Positions 1 through 11,009 of a stretch of 64,000 nucleotides of DNA are shown one piece after another. Below the pieces are notes generated by a model, which did not search any database, had not been told where the DNA came from, and worked only from the letters and a program-made list of their open reading frames with translations. Positions within the stretch are counted from its first letter, which is position 1. Every line of letters begins with the position of its first letter. This DNA comes from Eledone cirrhosa (Eukaryota). The DNA lies in the NCBI GenBank assembly GCA_964016885.1, contig OZ024742.1, positions 61,814,001 through 61,878,000 of the forward strand, read 5' to 3'. Position numbers and translations under genes: made by a program.

Positions 1-199
1 GAATGTCAGACAATAAATAAGGTGAGTAGGTTTAGTTACATGTATAATTTAGGTTAACTTTACTAACATCGTTTCGACAATTATATTATTCAATTCGGAT
101 TAGATAGAGACGGAAAAATGTCTGTAATGGATACGCGAAACATGGCCAGGTACATAGAGTCTTCCCACTTATCAATCTGTTATACGTACATACGTATAT

Positions 200-211
200 G
201 CATACATACAT

Positions 212-250
<39 letters not shown>

Positions 251-381
251 ATGTGTGTGTTTGTGTGTGCGTATGTGTGTGTGCGTGCATATCTGTGTGT
301 GTATACATTGACATTCTTGTCTTTGGGAATCTCTATTTTTTCTTCATTCTTCATCTTTCATTCTATCTCTTATTCACATGC

Positions 382-415
<34 letters not shown>

Positions 416-418
416 ATG

Positions 419-509
<91 letters not shown>

Positions 510-528
510 ATATATATATATATATACA

Positions 529-616
<88 letters not shown>
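200..616. repeat. Compound (CA/TG)n and (TA)n microsatellite tract
   Basis: Directly visible dinucleotide runs, which produce the YIYI/CVCV ORFs. Confidence 0.95.
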
Positions 617-617
<1 letters not shown>

Positions 618-1689
618 TAGCAGTGGTACCTGGGGTTGCATGGGATAAGGTGTTTTGGGACGCGGGCCGTCAACAGATATAATCGTGGAAAAACTACATG
701 CCTCGACAATATGTAAAGAAAATAAACCGAATACTCTGATGTAATTAGTATTAGGTATGCTTCTCCTTCCACGTGGAGAAAATCGGCTTGGTGCTTTTGT
801 ACTTTAATAAAGTGGCATGAGTCAGCAGGACAGATGTCACCACTTATGTCAGAGGGAAGTCTGCAATGCTTGAGCAAGGCATGACGTGCAATCGGACAGC
901 ATGTAGAGCCTTCTCGAATGAGTCCACCGCACCTTAGTAAGTAAACGCAACTGGACAAACGTTTACCAAACTGTGGGTATAATTTAACAAATTTAAAGAG
1001 GAATGGTGCAATAAAATGGGCCCCGATGTGTGTGCGCGTTCACTGGCAGCCCTAAACGAAAGGGTCGCCATCAGCTATTTCAAGGGCCCTTAAAAGGGCC
1101 GTGTAAGCCGTTAACTGACACTCCAGTAAGGAGGGGTAACCATCAACAATTTCAAGTGGTGGCCCTAAAAAGGGCCATGGGAGCGTTCACTTGTAGCCCT
1201 TAATAGTGACTTTGACTACGTTCTATGACATTTGAAGGAGGGTGTTACGGTTGCTTCCACTGGTAGCCTTTAGAATGAATCAGAATGCGTTCGCGGTCCG
1301 TTTAACAGCCATACATTGACGCGCCGAGTGCGATGCAGACTGCCAGACATACAGACAGATATTATAAGGGCGCGTTCTGGACGCAAATGGAATTGTGGGA
1401 AGTGACGTAATGCAGACAGCCAGATATACAGACAGATATTATAAAGGCGCGACGTTATATGTATGCATCTATCTAAAAAAAGAAAGACTAAGAATTAGAG
1501 AGAGAGATCGCTAAATCGCCTAATGCGGTCCCTAGAGCATTGAAAGTTTGAAATTGTTTTTGCTCAGAACACTCCCTGAAACATAAGTATTACATGTGTA
1601 AAGTTTGAAAACAGTAGGTTGGGTGCTTCTCGAGTTTTAGGGATTCAAACTCACACACAGACAGACATCCTCAGTTTTATATATATAGA
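617..1689 (-). mobile_element. Non-autonomous Helitron
   Basis: On the minus strand it starts TCTATATATATAAAA (1689) and ends with a GC-rich imperfect hairpin (CCCATGCAACCCCAGG) followed by CTGCTAG|T (617). This is the canonical 5'-TC...CTAG-3' pattern. It contains internal short direct repeats at 1020-1270 and 1335-1450. Confidence 0.7.
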
Positions 1690-2320
1690 CTAGCAGAAAA
1701 CCGCCCACAGGTATGTGTATATATATATTTATTTATTAGACATACAGAAATGTATATATATTTCTGTGTGTATATATATATATATTACACACACAGAAAT
1801 GTATATATATTTCTGTGTGTATATATATATATTTCTGTGTGTGTATATATATATTACACACACACAGAAATGTATATATGTTTCTGTAGCACTCCTCAAT
1901 TCCCCCTCTCTCCCTCCCGCTATCCCCCTCTTGTAGTCTGTCTCTTTCTTTCACTCTCACTCTCTCTCTACGCGTGCGCAAAAAACATTCGCATGCGCGC
2001 ACGTGTTTTAGCGTCTATTCACTCTCTCTCTTTCCCTCTCTCCGTCCCGCTATCCCCCTCTCGTAATCTGTCTCTTTCTTTCACTCTCACTCTCTACGCG
2101 TGCGCAAAAAACATTCGCACGCGCGCACGTGTTTTAGCGTCTATTCACTCTCTCTCTCTCTCTCCCTCTCTCCCTCCCGCTATCCCCCTCTCGTAATCTG
2201 TCTCTTTCTTTCACTCTCACTCTCTACGCGTGCGCAAAAAACATTCGCACGCGCGCACGTGTTTCCACTGTCGGACAGACAGACAAACAGAGAAATTGCT
2301 GGTTATATATTATAAGGAGA
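1690..2320 (-). mobile_element. Second non-autonomous Helitron with internal minisatellites, joined head-to-tail to the first
   Basis: The minus strand reads A|TCTCCTTATAAT (2320) ... GGGCGGTTTTCTGCTAG (1690), abutting the TC of the previous element. It contains palindromic CACAGAAAT...ATTTCTGTG units (1710-1890) and three ~120 bp units (1900-2265). Confidence 0.7.
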
Positions 2321-3185
2321 TATGAGTGTGTGTATGTATATTGATGAACGTGCGAATGCGTACTCAATACGGAAGTGGAGTTTAAATATTCTTTATTATA
2401 GCTAAGTGATGAGTCCTATTTCTCTGGAGTTTCCCTAGTTATGTGAGTACAGGACAGGTGTTCTCACGAGACAGGTGAAACTCCAGAGTAACAAGCTGTG
2501 TTTGACTTTACCTTTCCCTTAGACAACATCATTGGCGTTTATATGTAAGACGTGCATGCATGTGCAGCTGCAGAACTTCAATAAAAAGAAAACAATTTCC
2601 TTAAGCTAGAGCCTTGGAAATGAGTTTTCCGACCACAGATTGATGTTTTAAGAAATCATGTTGTAATCTAAGGACATCTTTTACTGTTGTTTCTATTAAC
2701 TCAAATAAGCCCCACTTACTAAGCTTCCCTCGTTGATGTTTACAATTTTACATTATTTTCGGTGTGTGTAACACAGAAATGTTTGCTTTAACATGTCCTA
2801 CTGGAATAGTTTGAGAACATTTTTATTGCTTTTGCTGTTGGTTTTGTTGGGTTTTTTTATTTGTTTGGGGGAGGGGGGTTCATTTCTTCTTTTTTTTTCC
2901 TCGGTTTATTTGATTATTATTTTTATTTTTATTTTAAATTACTGATTTATTTGAATATTTCTGCAGATTGACATGGGGAAGCTTAATTATGTTCTTAACA
3001 AATGTTCATGACTGACCATTAAATTGGAATAGCGGGTTGTCAGTTATCCACCTTCAGACATATGATAGATGAAAAGTGATATGCAGATATAAAAAGAAAG
3101 GAGGCCATTGAAATACTAATCTTCAGAAGTATAGCTTTTATTAAAACGGAACAAAAACTGGGCAGAAATTTACTTTGTACGTAAG

Positions 3186-3246
<61 letters not shown>

Positions 3247-3649
3247 ATGCATATAAATATATGTATGTATGTATATACATATAAACCATTCTTTGGGGAT
3301 TTATATATTCCTGTTGATATGAACCATCCATTAGATTAACACAATACAGTGAAATTTGAATCCAGACAGAGATAACTCTATAAAACCGTCATGTGTTTCT
3401 TCTAAAGTCATTTTTATTGTGTAAATTTTGCAATTTCATCAAGAGGGAGAAAGTATGATAGAGACAGAGAGAGAACAAGGGAATGAAAGAGAATAGATTG
3501 GGAAGAGGGTGTTTGGTATGTTTTATAATTCTAAACACGTATCTTTAAACTTGGTTCCATGAGACATTATTTTTTAAAGTTGATCTTTGATATTATTTTT
3601 ATTTTATTAGCACTTACTAAAATCTGGTCATTTAAGATTCGAACATCTA

Positions 3650-3955
3650 AATTGGTAAAATGGTGTCGGATAGAATGTGTTGTAGTATTCATTACGGATT
3701 TCTGTGTTCAGCGCTCTGAATTCAAATTTCACCGAGGTCAACTTTTATTTTTCATCCTTCCAGAGTTAATCAATAAACTACATTGTATTGCGATTGAGAA
3801 TAAAATGAAACGAGTTGGCCTGTCGTTAGGAGAAAAGCATTGGATAGAATACTTTATGACATTCATTCCAGGTTATCTGGCCTCTGAGTTCAATTTCCTC
3901 AAGAGCCAACTTTGCCTACCCTCCTATTGGGGTCGATACAATAAAATAACAGTGG
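3650..3955 (+). mobile_element. Two degenerate tRNA-derived SINE copies
   Basis: B-box-like CTGAATTCAAAT / CTGAGTTCAAT followed by the GTCAACTTT...TCATCCT...GGGGTCGATA core seen in the other SINE copies. Confidence 0.6.
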
Positions 3956-5019
3956 AGAGAATTTGGGGAATTTTTTTGAGGAATTAAAAAAAATGTTTAA
4001 GTTGTGTGAAATTGTTTAAAGATTGTTACACGATCTGGCGAGCTCAGGCTAGTGAAATGGATAGGATGAAAACTACTAAGCCCTTGACCTCATTGAAATA
4101 TGTATCATGGTAAAAATAAACCTGAATACAACTGTATATGGCCTTCGGTGTATTTAATATTCTATAATGCTCCGGCCTCTACCATTTATACATTTCGTTG
4201 AACGCTTCATTTTACTTGCATCACAGTTGACCGACTAAAATGTAGATTGCACATCCCTGGTCTGTTAGCTCCATATTAAAATAATTAAATTCTCCTTGGA
4301 AGTTGAGTGTCTTGCTGACGCAATAAATACGCGATGGCTTTATCTTCTCTGCCCGAATCAGACAGCACAAAGCAACGGACTGAACTTAAATATCCACTTC
4401 AATATATCTACCAAAGCTTACCTGAGGACCGAAGTTATCCATTTAGACTGGCAAAACACGGAAAGTAACATCATCGTTAAAAGACGGACATTTACAGAAT
4501 CCAACCCGCGGCTATCCATATGTATGGAAACACTTTTGGAAAGAAAATCTCCCCCTGTTACACACAAACTGGCAAAATCAATAGAGGTCCCTCTATGAAC
4601 GCTATGAACTCTGATCCTATCCCCATCTTCATATAACTCTCTGTATCATTTCCCATTCCATTCTCTTTCATTTAATTCTATATATATGTAGACACATTTG
4701 TATCTAAGTTTAGTTCCCTTGTGCAGAATCTCAGGCTATTTTATTGCATTGTATTGCATCTATTTTATTACATTTATTATATGTACATTTTCATTTACTT
4801 CTCGTATGACCACAAGTTATCCATTGTTACTTTTATATTTTTTGTCTTGTATAGTTTTATATTTTATACCATTCTGTTTCCTTTATTATATTGTACGTTT
4901 CTGGCCATACTTTAATTTAATTCATCTTTAATTTATCTTTCCGTTTCACATTTTTATATTTACCTTAAGTTACTGGGTCAGCTTACAAATGTTAGTTGTT
5001 CACGGCACTTACTAATAGT

Positions 5020-5280
5020 TTCTTATCGGTTAGACACGTCGGCCCGGAGATATCGATCGGTCTCATTGCAGTCTACAGCAAGAAGTGGGGAACATTCCTA
5101 CTATCCTCACCATGGAAAGTAAATCAAGACAGACCCACACATCTGCCTCAGCTCTAGGGGTCATACAGGGGCCAGTTCGTGTCTCCCTCACCATCCTCCG
5201 CGGAAATGCTTTCTCCATTCTGTCCGCCGAGGCCTCGGAAGCGGCCAGCGCGTGGGCCCCCATTTGCTCATAATAGTGAG
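5020..5280 (+). mobile_element. 3' remnant of a CRE-like RLE non-LTR retrotransposon
   Basis: The translation RVSLTILRGNAFSILS resembles the conserved C-terminal (Q)RLSxxIQRGNAxxIL motif of CRE-type elements. Confidence 0.5.
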
Positions 5281-5732
5281 AGATGGGAAGAGCAGGAGAG
5301 ACGGAGGCAGTAACAGTGGGAGTTTCGGTCTTTTGTGTTCGGACCTTGCTTATGTGTATATGTTTCACGGATACATACTCATATAAATATACATACTCAT
5401 ATAAATATAAACTATGTATATATGATTATAAGAATGATTTTACTTCTATGGACAGTTTATTTTACAACACTCCAGTTACTACATCGACACGTACCGCTGG
5501 TCCCTTATGTCATAAAAAGAAAAGAATTTTCTAGGGAATATTTTGAATTTTTCGGAGGGATTTAAAAAAAGATTTTAAATGTGTGAATTCACATATTTTT
5601 TTATACCATCTGACAAGCTTGGGCTAGTGAAATGGGTAGGGAAATACCTACCTAGCCCTCGACCTCACCGAAATAAACCTGAATACAGCTGCAAATGGCC
5701 TTCGATATATTCAATAATATCTCTCTCTCTCT

Positions 5733-5803
<71 letters not shown>

Positions 5804-5804
5804 C

Positions 5805-5845
<41 letters not shown>

Positions 5846-6081
5846 GTTGGCAGCTGAGATACCGAAGTGGATATTTAATATTCCTTTTATTTAGGCAGAA
5901 TAGGGAGTCTTGTTTCTCTGGAGTTTCGCCTGTTTATCACAGAGTCATCGGGTGATAAACAGACGAAAATCCAGAGTAAGGCATGGTGACGTGAATAGAC
6001 GTGTTTTTCTCTAGAAATGATTTCCATTTTGCCACTGCCCAGTCTCCTCTATCATTCCATTTCTTCTTTAATTTCTCATCC

Positions 6082-6120
6082 TATTTTCTGAAGAAGGACT
6101 ATCGTACGAAACGTTAAGAC
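6082..6120 (+). ncRNA. Minimal type I hammerhead-like motif (Penelope pLTR type), degenerate stem II
   Basis: CTGAAGA-A-GGAC-TATC-GTAC-GAAAC-GTTA. Confidence 0.55.
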
Positions 6121-6209
6121 ACTTTTCCTACTATATCAAGTGTAAAACTAATAATATATTTCTTCATTTTACTGTGTCATTTGCTTTATTTCTGTTTGCC
6201 TTTTGTACA

Positions 6210-6525
<316 letters not shown>

Positions 6526-6774
6526 CAGACCCTCTATCTCAATTCTACTTTTGAAAAGCAGAAGAACTGCGAAACCGGTAAAGGAACCAAATAAATACAT
6601 ATATTTTTTTAAAAAAAGACTCCAGTTGCATTTTCGATTTCATTTTTTTCCTTATACTTTCACTCATGTAGGACACCTCGGTTATTTTTCATTTTGTAAA
6701 ATAAACCTCACTTTCTAATATATATATATATATATATGCCCCGCCCGCCCTTTAATAGTTTTAATTTCTCATTC

Positions 6775-6813
6775 TTTCTCCTGATGAAGGACTAACGTCC
6801 GAAACGTTAAGAC
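6775..6813 (+). ncRNA. Minimal type I hammerhead ribozyme motif (Penelope pLTR type)
   Basis: CTGATGA-A-GGAC-TAAC-GTCC-GAAAC-GTTA: intact core, perfect 4-bp stem II and palindromic AACGTT helix III. Stem I is weak. Confidence 0.7.
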
Positions 6814-6898
6814 CCTCTTCTGCTATTTCAAGCGTTAACCTAATATATTACTTCCATATAATGTACCGACTGTGTTGTTATTTCTGTTTACATTTTAC

Positions 6899-6948
<50 letters not shown>

Positions 6949-7014
6949 GAATATATATATACATATATATACAAACATATATATACAAACATATATATAT
7001 ACACATATATAAAG

Positions 7015-7342
7015 TGAAAAGACACCCTTCGGTCTCAAATGACCATAGGATTTTCACCTAGAAAGTTTCCCTTTGAGGTACAAGTCCGGGCAATATTGTT
7101 TGTGGAAGACCAGCAGTTCCAGTCTCCCCTCTCCACGCCACCGATGTTCTCCATGGAAAAGGTAAAGGCCGATACAGCTTGGCAACAGTGACGTCGCAAC
7201 TCATTTCTACGGCTGAATGAATTTGATCAACGTGAAATAAAGTGTCTTGTTCAAGAAGACAACGCAAAGCTCGGTCCAAAAATCGAACACACAACCTCAT
7301 GATTGTATGCCCGACGCTCTAACTACTAAGCCATGCGCCTTC
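7015..7342 (-). mobile_element. tRNA-derived CORE-type SINE with RTE-like tail
   Basis: The minus strand has A-box TGGCTTAGTAGTTAG, B-box GTTCGATT, then CORE-like TCTTGAACAAGACACTTTATTTCAC. Related copies lie at 22365-22555, 35945-36210 and 36410-36700. Confidence 0.7.
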
Positions 7343-7396
7343 ACATGTATATTTATGTTTCTGTGTGCATAGCAGTAGATCATACACACACACATA

Positions 7397-7428
<32 letters not shown>

Positions 7429-7606
7429 TGTGTGTGTGTGTGTGGTGTGTGTATGTGGTATGTGTGTGTGTGTGTGTGTGTGTGTGCGGGTGTGTGGTGT
7501 GGTGTGTGTGCGTGTGTGTGGTGTGGTGTGTGTGTGTGGTGTGTGCATGTGTGTGTGTGTGCGCGCGCTCTACTGCTATGCATGCACACAAATATATATA
7601 TATATA

Positions 7607-7659
7607 ACTAGACAACAAAATATTTTCATTATAAGATATATAAATATAATTTAGCAATA

Positions 7660-7696
<37 letters not shown>

Positions 7697-7746
7697 CTAA
7701 ATTATATTTGTATAATTTATAAGGAAAATATTTTGCTTGTCTAGTT
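7607..7746. repeat. Imperfect palindrome (about 50 bp arms) centred on (TA)n, MITE/foldback-like
   Basis: AACTAGACAACAAAATATTTTC...AAATATAATTTAGCAATA pairs with TATTGCTAAATTATATTT...GAAAATATTTTGCTTGTCTAGTT. Confidence 0.8.
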
Positions 7747-8239
7747 CCAAATGTTTTAAATATTTATATAAATATTAACAATAACAAATCTCAAGATGTC
7801 TGTTCACTCAGAGCTTTATGAGTGTGTGTTTGGTTTATGCTTTTATCTTAATTTCTCACAACTTAAAACATTTTTTGGGACGATGATGCTGATGATGGTT
7901 GTGTTGCTGTTACTGACAAAATATATTCATAAAAATATTAACATTGTGTGTAGAATGGAATTATTTACGCCAAATAGAAAGAGAAGACAGAATCCCATAT
8001 TTCGTATCAGAGTAAGAAAAGAAAAGAATGAGAAAAAAAAAGTGCAGGAACAGTACTGATCTACAAAACAGCTGTTGTTTGAAGGGCTACATCCTGTAGA
8101 ATGGTAGGAATTTGACTGTTACGATAGGAAGTAGACAAACGCACGCGGTGGTAGTATTTGAAGCAGATAGGACTAAGTGTTGGACTAGGTGGTAGTTCGA
8201 ACTCATCGGGAGAAAAAGTTATATATATATATATATAAT

Positions 8240-8353
8240 GGAAAATTTGAACAGGAACAAAACAGAGAGGCAGTACAACGAATGTTTATTAATTTCACGC
8301 TCTTGAGAGTGGGGTGGTGGTGGGGAACGACGTTTCGGGCATAAGCCCTTCTT

Positions 8354-8358
<5 letters not shown>
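8240..8358 (-). ncRNA. Degenerate hammerhead motif and downstream pLTR-like sequence
   Basis: The minus strand reads CT-AAGA-A-GGGC-TTAT-GCCC-GAAAC-GTC, with the core G missing. The downstream sequence resembles that following the 6088 and 6781 motifs. Confidence 0.55.
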
Positions 8359-8380
<22 letters not shown>

Positions 8381-8384
<4 letters not shown>

Positions 8385-8680
8385 GGAGCATATATTGCAA
8401 TAGCCTTGGGTTCAAAGGCCCACATCTCTTTAATAAGGTGACAAGAAACTTGAGAGTTTCTGAATAGCGTGGACGTGGATGTTTTCAAGAAACATCTTGA
8501 CACTCTGCTCTCCAAGATCCCAGATGAACCCACAGCACGGAATCAAACTAAGGGCAGCAGCAACGAACAACTCCCTCCCACATCAACAGCCAGCCAACGC
8601 AGGCTTAATATAGAAAGTGAAGCAACAAGGGCGGTGCCCCAGCATGGCCTCAGCCGGATAGCTGGATCAGGTAAAAAGTA
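8381..8680 (+). mobile_element. 3' remnant of a CR1/L2-group LINE
   Basis: Translation YCNSLGFKGPHLFN...VDVFKKHLDTLLSKIPDEP is typical of the C-terminus of CR1-like ORF2. Confidence 0.7.
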
Positions 8681-8928
8681 AAAGGATATATACATATACA
8701 CATATATATATATATATATATATACAAAGCCCCCCTCACACACACACACACACACATATATATACATATATTTCTCAATGGAAATCCGCTTGGATTATCT
8801 ATTTGTTTGGGATCTGAAACCGCGGTCAAGGCACATATAGTAAGTACAGTGAATTTTATTTTAAAATGTTTTCCTTATTTGCTTTCCCTTGATTTTATAT
8901 ACATATATATACATACATACCCCCCCCC

Positions 8929-8985
<57 letters not shown>

Positions 8986-9074
8986 TGTATAGCAAACCAT
9001 GTCACTCTTCTTTCTTGATTTATATATATATATATACTCGTACATATATATATATATACATATATATATATACA

Positions 9075-9145
<71 letters not shown>

Positions 9146-9720
9146 AATACCTACATATATATATACATATATATATAAACACATGCATATATATGCATAT
9201 ATATTTACATACATGTATATATATATGTGTGTGTGAGTGTGTGTGCGTTTTTGTGTGTGTGTTCGCGCGTGTGTGTGTGCGGGTGTGTGTGTGTTGTATC
9301 GTAAATCTCCTTCCCAACTGACCACTTACTGAGCTGCGGAGGAGTAATTAACCGATTACTTGTATTACAGATAGCTTGTATTAAATGGATGGCATTTAAC
9401 TTGGAGATAGCGTGAAGATCGTTAGCTGGATAATCTTAATTGGTTATGTTAATAACAGTTTCCAGAGTTCCATTTCAACTAGCAGACATGGCTGAATTTT
9501 ATATTCAATAAGATTACATCCATAAACATTAAGCATTTATTTGCTTCTATATTTACATTTCAAATTATATTGTTACCACAGCCCCCTTTTTGCTTTATCG
9601 GGACACTTGACTGGAATTACAATTACATCATAAATACACAAAGATTTTGAATTTCATCGACGCTATAATAAATTTCTTTGAATTAATGAATTAAATTAAC
9701 TCAAATGTTATATAATAATA

Positions 9721-10036
9721 ATAATTGCTTCTACTTTTGGCACAAGGCCAGCAATTATCCCAGTGCATCACTGGTACTTTATTTTATCGACCCCGTAAGG
9801 ATGAAAGGCAAAGTTAAGCTCGGCGGGATTTGAACTCAGACCATAATGGGCTGTAACTCTTTGCTGCAAAGCATGGCGTCAGACCCTCTACCGATACTGC
9901 CAATCCACCGCCTAATAATAATAATATAATAATAATAATAATAATTGTTTCTACATTTGGCACAAGGCCAGCAATTATCCCAGTGTATAACTGGTGCTTT
10001 ATTTTATCGACCCCGTAAGGATGAAAGGCAAAGTTG
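9721..10036 (-). mobile_element. Two tandem tRNA-derived SINEs with (ATT)n tails
   Basis: The minus strand has A-box TGGCAGTATCGGTAG, B-box GAGTTCAAATCC, core CTTTGCCTTTCATCCTTACGGGGTCGATAAAA and 3' end GGCCTTGTGCCAAAAGTAGAA. Both are flanked by (TAA)n, and the second copy is 5'-truncated. Confidence 0.85.

Positions 10037-10085
<49 letters not shown>
10037..10085. repeat. (TAA)n microsatellite
   Basis: Directly visible. Confidence 0.95.
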
Positions 10086-11009
10086 GGGAAGAAGACGCAC
10101 GAGGTGACGGAGGTCATGAAATCGCTCCCGTAAGTTTTGAATTTTTAACATATTTAAACCATTTGTGAAATAACAACTCTTAGTACAAATGCTACGTAAA
10201 GCACCCGGCTTGAGCCCCAAAAAATTCGGACCCAAAATATATTGTTATAAGGCTCAAATATTCAAATATTCAACTTTGTATTGTACACTGTATATCCAAA
10301 AAAGAAAATGGCTATAAATGGAAGAAGAACCCCCCCCCCCCCCTCCTCCTCTGTATACACTATATAGAACAGCCAAACTCACCAACACCAGAAACTAGAT
10401 ACACCACCCACCCTATCACCTGTGTACACTAAACCACCACCGATCACTACGGCCATCATTACAACCATTATCCCATCACCGCCGCCACCACCCCTTCACT
10501 CCTTCACTGCTGCCACCGCTACAGCACCATCGCTACAGTAATACGGTCACATCACCGCCACCACTGTCTCGGTATCGACATCACCACCACCACTGTCTCA
10601 GTATCGCTACCGCCGCCAGTCTCCCACTTCTTCTTTTAGCTGGCTGCTGCCACCACATTATAGAATCCCTACTGCTAAAAAAGAGGAAGGCATCAAAATA
10701 TATAGATAGACTCAAAAGAAAAAAGAAAAAATAAACAACAAAAGCAGCACAGCAACAACAGTAAAAAACGAGAAAAACAGAGAAAAACAAAAACAAAAAA
10801 AGAAACCCCCAAAACGTAAAGAAAATAAGAATGAAGAGAGAGGCAGGCGGACGGACAGAGAAGAGGGGGGAAAAAGTAAAACTTAAAAAACAAAAACTAA
10901 GTCAGACATTCGAATACTACATTACAATGAAACTTATGCTTATTCATTTTTGGGGCCCTTTCTGCCCGTGTGTTTGTTTGTTTATGTGTGTCCGTATACA
11001 GCGTGGTGA

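Noticed and set aside
1900-2265. Regularly repeated units considered as a CRISPR-like array
   Set aside because: The units are whole tandem copies without unique spacers, in a eukaryotic Helitron context.
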